DNA of 57,026 nt from IMG/VR virus record IMGVR_UViG_3300006162_000001. The stretch is one strand, 5' to 3'. Below the pieces are notes generated by a model. That model had not been told where the DNA came from, did no database searches, and saw only the letters and a program-made list of their open reading frames with translations. Both the position numbers and the translations under genes were made by a program. Source of the stretch: a virus. Of the stretch, positions 1 through 7,312 are shown one piece after another; position 1 is the stretch's first letter; every line of letters begins with the position of its first letter.

Positions 1-84
1 ATGTTCGAAAATGAACTGGAAAGGAAAGCCTACCTGGACGCCTTCACGAAATTCGCCACGACACAAATTGACCTGATTTATTAA
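1..84 (+). CDS. 3' fragment (27 codons + stop) of gene 56680..57000, duplicated by the terminal overlap
   Basis: MFENELERKAYLDAFTKFATTQIDLIY* is identical to the C-terminus of the 106-aa ORF at the right end. Confidence 0.85.
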   Translation: MFENELERKAYLDAFTKFATTQIDLIY

Positions 85-110
85 AAAGGAAAGCCCCGGA
101 TGGAAATTCG
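1..110. repeat. Terminal direct repeat (1-110 = 56917-57026). Assembly overlap of a circular or circularly permuted genome with unique length 56,916 bp
   Basis: Read directly: both copies run atgttcgaaaatgaactgg...ccccggatggaaattcg. The left boundary falls inside ORF 56680..57000. Confidence 0.9.
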
Positions 111-120
111 GGGCTTTTTA
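90..120. terminator. Bidirectional intrinsic terminator between convergent genes
   Basis: Stem AGCCCCG (92-98) / CGGGGCT (109-115), 10-nt loop, A-run before and T-run after. Lies between the plus-strand stop at 84 and the minus-strand stop at 142. Confidence 0.75.
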
Positions 121-141
121 ATTTGAAACGAATGCTGTGCC

Positions 142-447
142 TTAAGGCAACAAGTTAAAATAATTATTTGAAACATTCACCCTTAAGCTTACGGTCCCAT
201 TATTCGCGGACTGGGTGACATAAAGAATCCCGCCAGCCTGGAAGTATTTATTCACGGTGACCTGGTTAAATCCACTGATCACGGTGTCCCCCATAATATC
301 GGTTCCGTTCGCTGTCGTTCCTATCCTGATCGTAGGGGTTCCGGTGACCGGAAGAAGGGCCAGCGAATCCACGTAAGTGTCCGTATTTATGGCAATTTGT
401 TGGGATGGCATATTGATAGCGGCGTTTAAAATTTCTTTGTATTGCAT
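142..447 (-). CDS. Hypothetical virion-module protein, paralog of 45697..46071
   Basis: ATG start. Shares GTPTIRIGTTANGTDIMGDTVISG / GTPLVRIGTYPNGNDLMDDTIIGN and the C-terminal SNNYF / SYNYY with the baseplate-module ORF. Confidence 0.65.
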   Translation of the reverse strand: MQYKEILNAAINMPSQQIAINTDTYVDSLALLPVTGTPTIRIGTTANGTDIMGDTVISGFNQVTVNKYFQAGGILYVTQSANNGTVSLRVNVSNNYFNLLP

Positions 448-448
448 A

Positions 449-1012
449 TTATTCGTTTACGACTTCCACGCCGCCCACCTGGATGACCTGTTCCAGACCA
501 GAACTGGACGGAACCACGAAATTAGTAGTATTATCGATGGCCATGGATTCAAAGTGTAAGCGCCATCCCATAACCACCCCATCCCCTTCCAGGGCGTCCG
601 CCCTATTAATCCCCCCGAAAGTAAACCGGAAACCATAATTGTCCACGATACCGATCATCTGTTCAGTAAGCCACTGGCCGAAGGAAAAGTGCTGACGGAT
701 CCTGTCTATCACATCCAGAAGGTCAGCGGAATAACCTTCCAGGTTCACATCCCCGGCGTAAGCGTCCGGGGCTATATTGTAGGAATTGAAGGCGAAGTTC
801 CATTCCAGGGCGGATCCGCCACCGATAAACTGGCGGCTGTCGGATCCGTCAATCATATCCAGAAGGATTAACGGCATGGAATAAGTCCGTTCATGATCGT
901 TCCTGAAGTCCGTCTTCAGGATGACAGTCCCCCCGCCGGATGGGTTCCCCGTGGAATCCGAAAGGAATGCCTGGCATTCGGCCAATATTGCGTTTAAGAT
1001 ATCACCGATCAT
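449..1012 (-). CDS. Hypothetical structural protein (head-tail joining or tail terminator candidate, by position only)
   Basis: 187-aa ORF, ATG start overlapping the upstream stop (ATGA), inside the connector gene string. Confidence 0.6.
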   Translation of the reverse strand: MIGDILNAILAECQAFLSDSTGNPSGGGTVILKTDFRNDHERTYSMPLILLDMIDGSDSRQFIGGGSALEWNFAFNSYNIAPDAYAGDVNLEGYSADLLDVIDRIRQHFSFGQWLTEQMIGIVDNYGFRFTFGGINRADALEGDGVVMGWRLHFESMAIDNTTNFVVPSSSGLEQVIQVGGVEVVNE

Positions 1013-1269
1013 AAAAGGGTTTTTCCTGGTCTTAAAGGTGGCGGCGATCCGCCACGGTATTTTGATATCAATTTACGAAGTACGTCATAAAGCTGGACAT
1101 TCCCCAGTCCGGACATATATCGGCCGTAAGCGATGAATAGTTCTGAATATTCCATGTCTTCCAGGTAGTTCTTCAGCTGTTTTTTTATTTCTGTCGCCTG
1201 GGCCATCTGGCGGATATCACCTGTCTTCTGTCTGAACTTTTCCAGTAATTCCACCACTTCGACATTCAT
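1009..1269 (-). CDS. Hypothetical protein
   Basis: 86-aa ORF, translationally coupled on both sides (4-nt overlaps). Confidence 0.6.
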   Translation of the reverse strand: MNVEVVELLEKFRQKTGDIRQMAQATEIKKQLKNYLEDMEYSELFIAYGRYMSGLGNVQLYDVLRKLISKYRGGSPPPLRPGKTLL

Positions 1270-1784
1270 AGGTTGAACCGTTTTAGGATCTGATCCCGTT
1301 CGTAGATTATTTTGGACCTGACGGCGGTGTAAATCTTAGCGTTAGGCGGTTCTCCGGGAAGCGGCATGAACTGGCGTTTCGGCATGGTGAAAGCATATTT
1401 CCCGAAAGCCATCCCCTGGCCGCCTTCATTATGGATCTTACCATAGGGGACCAGGGCCAGATCCACGCCGATCAGGACACCCTTCGGATCCGGATAATAT
1501 TTGATTGAATTGTAAAGATTCAAAGTCTGTTTAAGGATGGGACTGGCGGAATTATAGACGGTTCCTTTCACGCCGTATCGCTTATTATACCTGACATTGG
1601 TCTTTGGCGACCTGGGGGCCCAGGCTTTGACACCTGTCCCGTCATCATATCCCTGGATCCTGAAGTTATCCTTCACGATCTTAACGGCTTCGTGGCCGAT
1701 AATCCGGGGAAGTTTGGTGGTAAGGGCTTCGATTTCTGTGGAAGCCCTTCGCCAGTCCGCCAAAAGTTCTGTCATGGAATTCAT
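1266..1784 (-). CDS. Phage virion morphogenesis protein (Mu G-like / HK97 gp10-like)
   Basis: Translation ...KIVKDNFRIQGYDDGTGVKAWAPRSP...PYGKIHNEGG... resembles the virion-morphogenesis family. Context is a Mu-like head module. Confidence 0.55.
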   Translation of the reverse strand: MNSMTELLADWRRASTEIEALTTKLPRIIGHEAVKIVKDNFRIQGYDDGTGVKAWAPRSPKTNVRYNKRYGVKGTVYNSASPILKQTLNLYNSIKYYPDPKGVLIGVDLALVPYGKIHNEGGQGMAFGKYAFTMPKRQFMPLPGEPPNAKIYTAVRSKIIYERDQILKRFNL

Positions 1785-2134
1785 AAATCAATCGATTCTA
1801 TAATAGGCCGTTTAAATACGGTGCAGGGCTTTAAAACATAAATTTCCTGAACATCCTTCTTTTCGGCGAAGGTTTCCATGACCATGGCTTCGATATCGCC
1901 TTCGTCCACTTCCTGGGTCATGTCTTCGCCATCCAGGTTATAATGAAGCATCCGGATGGACGATTTTTCCGCCAGAATAGGGGATTTCTTTTTCTTGGCG
2001 GCCTTCTTTTTGGCATTTCTTTTGTAGGGGCCACGCTTACTTCCTTTTTTGGGGCCGGGTTTTTTCTTCTTTGGTTCACGTTTCTTTTTTTCAGGAATGG
2101 CTGGCGTTTCGGTGGGGATTAATTCTTCTGGCAT
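1781..2134 (-). CDS. Hypothetical protein with a highly basic Lys-rich N-terminus
   Basis: EKKKREPKKKKPGPKKGSKRGPYKRNAKKKAAKKKK followed by an acidic C-terminal half. Confidence 0.6.
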   Translation of the reverse strand: MPEELIPTETPAIPEKKKREPKKKKPGPKKGSKRGPYKRNAKKKAAKKKKSPILAEKSSIRMLHYNLDGEDMTQEVDEGDIEAMVMETFAEKKDVQEIYVLKPCTVFKRPIIESIDL

Positions 2135-2145
2135 AGGTTTGTTTT

Positions 2146-2343
2146 TTATGTTAATAATTGAAGAAGCGACCGGACGAATTCCTTTTCCACCATGAACATC
2201 CCCCCTTTAAAATAGAACTGAACATTCTTCCCGGAAATATAAACGGGGACCCGTTCTTCAATCACCTTCACACTTCCGGCCTGTTTAGTGTCCGCCGGGA
2301 AGTCTTTCACAGCCCTACAAAATATTTCGATTTTAGTGTTCAC
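2146..2343 (-). CDS. Hypothetical protein (GTG start)
   Basis: 65-aa ORF. The start GTG overlaps the upstream stop as GTGA, and there is no upstream ATG. Confidence 0.45.
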   Translation of the reverse strand: MNTKIEIFCRAVKDFPADTKQAGSVKVIEERVPVYISGKNVQFYFKGGMFMVEKEFVRSLLQLLT

Positions 2344-2738
2344 GATTTTAAAATTACACCTTTTCGATATCGGCCGGAAGAACTTTTTGTCACAACCATG
2401 GCATCAGTAATTAATCCATCCCTGGTCAGGACCACATGGACCCCATCTTTACTGAACCGTAAATAAGAGCGAAGGACCACCTTCTGGTCGTGGGGATCTT
2501 CCCATTTAGACCAGCATTCTGATGGTGAAATTACGGTTTCCGGGATTTCAGAAAACCCGCGAAGATGGGTTCTGACATTATTGAAAGATTGATTTGTGAA
2601 CCTGATATTAGTCAGAAGCTTATGGTTCTGGAAAACGATATCGTGATTTTTAGGATCCACATGGTATTTTTCACGCCATTCCGAAATCACCTGAAGGGCG
2701 TTGTGCATTCTGATATTTTCCTTATTTATTTTAGGCAT
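2340..2738 (-). CDS. Hypothetical protein
   Basis: 132-aa ORF, ATG start overlapping the GIY-YIG gene end by 8 nt. Confidence 0.55.
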   Translation of the reverse strand: MPKINKENIRMHNALQVISEWREKYHVDPKNHDIVFQNHKLLTNIRFTNQSFNNVRTHLRGFSEIPETVISPSECWSKWEDPHDQKVVLRSYLRFSKDGVHVVLTRDGLITDAMVVTKSSSGRYRKGVILKS

Positions 2739-3339
2739 AAATAAATGATGTTCTGTTTCTTTTTATGCCAGAAAGCATATTAGTTAAATACCCTCTTGAA
2801 AATCTGGTGGTTTTTGACGCCGATAAAATAGATGGATAAAATATCCCTGTTTCAATATTTAACACTGGTCTCTGACAATTCCCAGAACCGCATGGTGGTA
2901 TCCGACCCTTCTTCTTCTTACTCATTTTCTGTCTGGTCGCATCGGTGTGTTTTCGTCCGATATTAATATCCCGCATCCACTGAAGATATTCTGGGGTGTT
3001 TAATTTAATTCGGTTTTTGCATAACTTATCCCTTGTCGCTTCGCTTTTGGATTGATAAAAATCACCATTTTTGGGCAAACCAAGATTTAGACCATTGTGG
3101 CCCAAAACATCATACATGTGACCGTAAACGGATTCCACTTTGAACATTTCAGATTCGGCACACTCTGTAATGATTTCAAACTTATGATTTTCAGGCCCAT
3201 ATTTCAATAATGAAGCGTAAAGCTTAACCTGTCTTTTGCATTTTTTAAGCCGATAAACCCTAAATCTATATTCTACATTGGTAGAACTCCCCACATAAAC
3301 CTTACCGGTCGGGGATGTTATTTTATAGATATGGGCCAT
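2731..3339 (-). CDS. GIY-YIG homing endonuclease (I-TevI-like, with NUMOD-type DNA-binding repeats)
   Basis: MAHIYKITSPTGKVYVGSS..NVEYRF.. GIY-YIG core, then SEATRDKL / TDATRQKMSKKKKG repeats. The track start 3345 is TTG, and the first ATG is at 3339. Confidence 0.85.
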   Translation of the reverse strand: MAHIYKITSPTGKVYVGSSTNVEYRFRVYRLKKCKRQVKLYASLLKYGPENHKFEIITECAESEMFKVESVYGHMYDVLGHNGLNLGLPKNGDFYQSKSEATRDKLCKNRIKLNTPEYLQWMRDINIGRKHTDATRQKMSKKKKGRIPPCGSGNCQRPVLNIETGIFYPSILSASKTTRFSRGYLTNMLSGIKRNRTSFIYA

Positions 3340-3344
3340 TTTCA

Positions 3345-3375
3345 AAAATACTTTAAAAAAACTGTAAAATACTTT
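3345..3375. promoter_or_regulatory. Direct repeat AAAATACTTT x2 (21 bp apart) in a divergent intergenic region
   Basis: Copies at 3345-3354 and 3366-3375, between the minus-strand GIY-YIG start and the plus-strand island. Confidence 0.35.
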
Positions 3376-3456
3376 GAATAATGTTTTGCAGAATCAAATA
3401 AAGTTTGTACCTTAGTCCTGTCATCGGTTCTTATTCATTCACGAAAAACTTATCAC
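3376..3456 (+). promoter_or_regulatory. Conserved upstream element, copy A (probable promoter/leader of the plus-strand island)
   Basis: GAATAATGTTTTGCAGAATCAAATAAAGTTTGTAC ... AAAAACTTATCAC-ATG. Near-identical blocks recur at 4321-4384. Confidence 0.4.
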
Positions 3457-3786
3457 ATGTCTAACGAAAACGCCTTCTTCCAGTCCAAAGAAATCCTTCC
3501 AGGTCAGATCCTGGAATCTTCATGGGGGTACGATCAAACTAACTACAATTTTTATGCTGTCCTGGCTGTTAAAAATGGCTGGGCCATCCTTCAGAAGATG
3601 ACTAATGTTTCTGAACCCATTGAAGAATTTAAGTGGATGACCACCAGGGAAGTTCCCGGAAAGATCATCGAATCTGAAAAGCCATTCAGACGGAAAATAA
3701 AGAACTGTGGCTGGGTAAATATTAATTCTTTTGCTGGTGCCAGACCCTGGAATGGCCAGCCGAAAACAGCTACACATTACGCCTAA
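3457..3786 (+). CDS. Hypothetical protein
   Basis: 109-aa ORF, ATG start directly after the AAAAACTTATCAC motif. Confidence 0.65.
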   Translation: MSNENAFFQSKEILPGQILESSWGYDQTNYNFYAVLAVKNGWAILQKMTNVSEPIEEFKWMTTREVPGKIIESEKPFRRKIKNCGWVNINSFAGARPWNGQPKTATHYA

Positions 3787-3796
3787 AATCATCATC

Positions 3797-4129
3797 ATGT
3801 TAGAAAAAATCACAAATTTCATAGTTGAAACGCCCAGGGGAACCCTGGAAATCCTTCAGATCCGTGGCGATCACAAAAAGCATGACCAATGTAACGCCGA
3901 TCATGACAGCCAGATCGGGGATGAAATCTTCTGGCATGGTACGGATATGAATCACACCAGGAAGGAAGGGAAGATCATCGAATGGCAGAAACACGGATGG
4001 GATTGGTCTAAAAATCCTGGCTTCAGGGCCACAAACATCCTGGAAAGTAAATTTTATTTTTTAGCCCTTCAGGAATATCGCCTGGAAAACAAGATCACCA
4101 GATTGAATGGACAAATAACAAAACCATGA
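3797..4129 (+). CDS. Hypothetical protein (start moved to the first ATG after the upstream stop)
   Basis: The track ORF 3731..4129 overlaps the previous gene. The in-frame ATG at 3797 (MLEKITNF...) lies 10 nt after the stop at 3786. Confidence 0.55.
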   Translation: MLEKITNFIVETPRGTLEILQIRGDHKKHDQCNADHDSQIGDEIFWHGTDMNHTRKEGKIIEWQKHGWDWSKNPGFRATNILESKFYFLALQEYRLENKITRLNGQITKP

Positions 4130-4326
4130 AACTATCTATTCACGAAAAGCCTGGCATGATCCAGGTCCTTAACGACCGGAAATCGGTCGTCTGCGAATAT
4201 TTCTTTAACGATCCGGAATATGCCTCTAACGCCGTCATCAGGATCCAGCAAATGGTCCAGGCGTTTAACCAGCTGCCGGAAGACCAGAAGAAGAAATCGC
4301 CCTTTTTGAAGAAGAATATTGAATAA
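4126..4326 (+). CDS. Hypothetical protein
   Basis: 66-aa ORF. The ATG overlaps the upstream stop (ATGA). Confidence 0.55.
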   Translation: MKLSIHEKPGMIQVLNDRKSVVCEYFFNDPEYASNAVIRIQQMVQAFNQLPEDQKKKSPFLKKNIE

Positions 4327-4384
4327 AGTTTTGCAGTTTCAAAAAGTTTTACTATATTGCATTGTCACTAAAAACTTATCACAA
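4321..4384 (+). promoter_or_regulatory. Conserved upstream element, copy B
   Basis: GAATAAAGTTTTGCAGTTTCAAAAAGTTTTAC ... AAAAACTTATCACAA-ATG. Matches copy A at 3376-3456. Confidence 0.4.
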
Positions 4385-5170
4385 ATGAAAAGTAACTATT
4401 TCGAAAAGAAAGAAGCCCAGCTGGAAGCTTACCAAAGGTTAGCGGCGAAGAATGCCAGCGAATCAGAAAGACTTTGCAATTATTCTTCCAGCATGCTGTC
4501 CGTCATACCGATGGGCCAGCCGATCCTGGTAGGTCACCATTCAGAACGTGGCCACCGTGCCCTTCTGGCCAAAGCTGATAACGCCATGTGGAAATCTGTG
4601 GAAGCCGATAAGAAGGCGGAATATTACGCCAACAAAGCGGAAAACATCGAAAGCGGATCCGCCATCAGTTCCGATAATCCGGACGCCATCCAGCTGTTAA
4701 AAGACAAGCTGGCCGGACTGGAAAAAAATCAGGAATTAATGAAAGCCTGTAATAAGATCACCGGGAACAAAAAACTTTCGGATCCGGAAAAGGTGGAAAA
4801 ACTTATGGCGCTGGGCCTGAAGGAATCCACAGCCAATGAAATCCTGATCCCCCATTATGGAAGGGCTGGAATTCCTTCTTACAAACTGACAAATAATTCA
4901 GCCGTGATCAGGTCCACAAAAGAAAGAATCGCCCAGCTGGAAAAAATCGCTGCCGTTCCGGAATCAAGCGAAGAAATAAACGGCGTAACTTTGAAGATCG
5001 TCCCAGATGATAACCGGGTGAAGATCCTGTTCCCTGCCATCCCATCGGAAGAAATGCGGAAAAACTTGAAAATGCGGGGATTTCACTGGTCACCCACAGA
5101 AAAAGCCTGGATGCGTCAGATCTCCAATGGCGCTATATATTGGGCCAAAGAAATACTTAAAGCCGGATAA
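4385..5170 (+). CDS. DUF3560-like protein
   Basis: GQPILVGHHSERGHRALLAKADNAMWKS...EYYANKAENIES and C-terminal RGFHWSPTEKAWMRQ resemble the DUF3560 family. The track start 4319 is TTG, and the ATG at 4385 follows the conserved leader. Confidence 0.5.
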   Translation: MKSNYFEKKEAQLEAYQRLAAKNASESERLCNYSSSMLSVIPMGQPILVGHHSERGHRALLAKADNAMWKSVEADKKAEYYANKAENIESGSAISSDNPDAIQLLKDKLAGLEKNQELMKACNKITGNKKLSDPEKVEKLMALGLKESTANEILIPHYGRAGIPSYKLTNNSAVIRSTKERIAQLEKIAAVPESSEEINGVTLKIVPDDNRVKILFPAIPSEEMRKNLKMRGFHWSPTEKAWMRQISNGAIYWAKEILKAG

Positions 5171-5210
5171 AACGACTTGACGGTTTCCGTGATAAGTTCC
5201 GTCCGGATAT

Positions 5211-5238
5211 GGACCCCCTTAAAAAAGGGGTCCTTTTT
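5211..5238 (+). terminator. Intrinsic terminator
   Basis: GGACCCC (5211-5217) / GGGGTCC (5227-5233), 9-nt loop, then TTTTT. Confidence 0.75.
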
Positions 5239-5259
5239 GCACACGATAAATTTTAATAT

Positions 5260-5499
5260 ATGCCTAAGCAACACGAAATCCAGGAACTAAATCGTTATGG
5301 ACGATGGCTAAAAAAAGAAAGGGCCAGAAATAAACGGCACGCCCAAAAAAAGAAGGGTATAAAACCGAAGCCGCCGGCAAAAAAGAAGACCAAATTTCAG
5401 CCCTATGACGGGCCTAAGACGGATCCAAAACCTAAAACACCAGAACAACTTACCGCCAGGCGGATTGAACTTCTGGGAAGATCCCCCCCCATCGGATAA
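5260..5499 (+). CDS. Hypothetical Lys/Pro-rich basic protein
   Basis: 79-aa ORF with ATG start: KKERARNKRHAQKKKGIKPKPPAKKKTKF... Confidence 0.5.
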   Translation: MPKQHEIQELNRYGRWLKKERARNKRHAQKKKGIKPKPPAKKKTKFQPYDGPKTDPKPKTPEQLTARRIELLGRSPPIG

Positions 5500-5536
5500 A
5501 TGCCTATAACGCCAATCACGGTAAAAACGAACAAAT

Positions 5537-5803
5537 ATGTCAAAAAAAGAAGTCAAAACATTAACCAGGGATATTCATGATTATGGGAATGGTATAACCG
5601 GTAAAGGTCCATGGGTTGAACCTGAAAAAAAATCAATCCGTGGCGGATCCCGCGAAGGCGCTGGCCGGCCGCCAGCAAATGGTGAAACGAAGACTATATC
5701 CTTTCGGATCTCCAAAAAGCTTTATAAAAGTGTTAAGAAAAAACATCCCAGCGACCTGAACCATTTAGTGGTCACATTCTTCCAGTCCCTGGTGGGGGAA
5801 TAA
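5537..5803 (+). CDS. Hypothetical protein, possible ribbon-helix-helix DNA-binding protein
   Basis: GGSREGAGRPPANGETKTISFRISKKLYKSVKKK resembles the GRP-x-beta-strand start of RHH (CopG/Arc-type) proteins. Confidence 0.4.
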   Translation: MSKKEVKTLTRDIHDYGNGITGKGPWVEPEKKSIRGGSREGAGRPPANGETKTISFRISKKLYKSVKKKHPSDLNHLVVTFFQSLVGE

Positions 5804-5821
5804 TTTTGTAAATTTGATATT

Positions 5822-5998
5822 ATGGCAAAGACTTTACTGGAAAGGTTCCGGGAAACCCCGGACGACCTTTTCCCGGATGACGATCATCCAAACCGGCCGA
5901 ACCCGTTCACCGAAAAGGAAATGGAAGAAATCGGCAAAGCGATCGTGGAATCTCATAAGAACGATCCACCCGTACAGCCCAAAAAGAAGAAGGACTGA
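5822..5998 (+). CDS. Small acidic hypothetical protein (58 aa, below the ORF-track cutoff)
   Basis: ATG at 5822: MAKTLLERFRETPDDLFPDDDHPNRPNPFTEKEMEEIGKAIVESHKNDPPVQPKKKKD*. More protein-like than the listed overlapping frame 5814..6053. Confidence 0.5.
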   Translation: MAKTLLERFRETPDDLFPDDDHPNRPNPFTEKEMEEIGKAIVESHKNDPPVQPKKKKD

Positions 5999-6001
5999 TC
6001 C

Positions 6002-7312
6002 TTACTTCAGTAGTGCGGTATATTGTTCCAGGGTAATTTCCCCACGGTCATAGTACCCCTTCGTTATAGCCTTACACTTTTCTTCCAGGTTTTTAGGGAA
6101 TGTAATACTATTGAATTTCGCCCTGGACATAATCTGGGCTTTACCGGATCCCAGGGAATTGTCCATAATACTCACCTTCACGTTCTGAAGCTTGTCGTAT
6201 CCAGCCCGGTAAAGACTTTTGATGGTGTTGTAAGATCCTTCCGTATTCTTCAGGAAGGTGGACATGGGCACCAGACGGCCCATTTCCTTTTCATTGTGAA
6301 GCATGCGGTGAATTACGCCGTTCCAGGCGTCTTCAGGTCCCCGGTAAACATAAACCACGTCCACAGATTTACCGTCTGTTAAAAGCTGATCAATCTGCTT
6401 TTGCGCCTTTTCGTAGTTCGATAAGTTACCGTCCATTATGGCATCTGACTTCTTCCCCAGATCGGGGAATATTTTATCGATCGTGGAAGTCTTCCCAGCA
6501 CCGGATCCGCCGGCATAGAAAGAAACGTGATTATTTTCCCCTTCTTCCAGAAGTTCCTTATAAGCCCCTTTGGCCACCACGGAACTGGCTTCGTGGACAG
6601 CGGCGGCGTTCGACCCGTTATATCCCAGATCTTTGAATAATGGTCTGGCGGCGTCCGTATTGACGACATTCCCGTTTTCAGCCAGATATTCAGAAACCAG
6701 CCTGTCTTTTTCCAGAACCACCTTCAGGATGGAAGCTTCCTGAAGGGCGGCGTCAGCACCGGTCAATTCCTTATCCCTTTCGAAATTTTTGAATTCCTTC
6801 TTCTGGGCGTCAGTCATATCTTCTACTTCGTCATCAGTGATCGCCGGATGGATCTTCGGTTCCGGAAGGTCGAAGTCTTCAGCGTCCAGGGCGTTAGCGC
6901 TGGAAACTGCGTCAAAATAAGCCCCCGTGGATGGCATCATCCCGTCTTTGGCGGCGTTATATGCGAACTGTTCCCCCACGTTCGTTTCCAGGTACTTCTT
7001 AGCGTCTTCCGATGACGTGACATTCAGGTTATTTTCATCCAGGTATCTTCCGTCCACGGATTCACCGGTACAGCGGCAATTCCAGTCTATTGGCGGAAAG
7101 ATGGAATCCCCGTAATCGTCACCGATCAGGAAGACCAGCCCTTCCAGTTCAACGTGTTCCGGCCGTTCCCGGTCGTCCATCATCCCCTTATAAACCCAGT
7201 AGGGATATATATCCTTATCGGCTTGCATGTCTGTAAATTGCTGGGCGCTGACGGCCTGGCGGCGACAAGCTTCATATTCCACCCGAAGCCAGGTCTGGTT
7301 CTGCACGTCCAC
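6002..7312 (-). CDS. Head morphogenesis protein (Mu F / SPP1 gp7 family core) fused to a C-terminal zeta-toxin-like P-loop NTPase/kinase domain. This is the minimal ORF, from a GTG start
   Basis: YWVYKGMMDDRERPEHVELEGLVF...FPPIDWNCRCTG is the MuF signature. C-terminal FYAGGSGAGKTS (Walker A, 6488-6520) ...AIMDGN...GRLVP. The frame stays open upstream to 7852. Confidence 0.8.
   Translation of the reverse strand: MDVQNQTWLRVEYEACRRQAVSAQQFTDMQADKDIYPYWVYKGMMDDRERPEHVELEGLVFLIGDDYGDSIFPPIDWNCRCTGESVDGRYLDENNLNVTSSEDAKKYLETNVGEQFAYNAAKDGMMPSTGAYFDAVSSANALDAEDFDLPEPKIHPAITDDEVEDMTDAQKKEFKNFERDKELTGADAALQEASILKVVLEKDRLVSEYLAENGNVVNTDAARPLFKDLGYNGSNAAAVHEASSVVAKGAYKELLEEGENNHVSFYAGGSGAGKTSTIDKIFPDLGKKSDAIMDGNLSNYEKAQKQIDQLLTDGKSVDVVYVYRGPEDAWNGVIHRMLHNEKEMGRLVPMSTFLKNTEGSYNTIKSLYRAGYDKLQNVKVSIMDNSLGSGKAQIMSRAKFNSITFPKNLEEKCKAITKGYYDRGEITLEQYTALLK

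Noticed and set aside
1-110. The 110-bp direct terminal repeat could be a biological packaging terminus (T7-like DTR)
   Set aside because: The boundary cuts through a coding sequence and a terminator hairpin, and the terminase and portal are of headful-associated types. An assembly overlap of a circular or permuted genome is more likely, though only read-end analysis can settle it.
142-447. The paralog pair 142..447 / 45697..46071 could be the template and variable repeats of a diversity-generating retroelement
   Set aside because: No reverse transcriptase gene is present, and the similarity is at protein level only, with no near-identical DNA repeat and no adenine-specific differences.
5814-6053. 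The listed 79-aa plus-strand ORF (MILWQRLYWKGSGKPRTT...)
   Set aside because: It is Arg/Ser/Pro-rich with an unnatural-looking sequence and runs into the 3' end of the MuF gene. The overlapping frame starting at ATG 5822 gives a cleaner 58-aa product that stops before the convergent gene.
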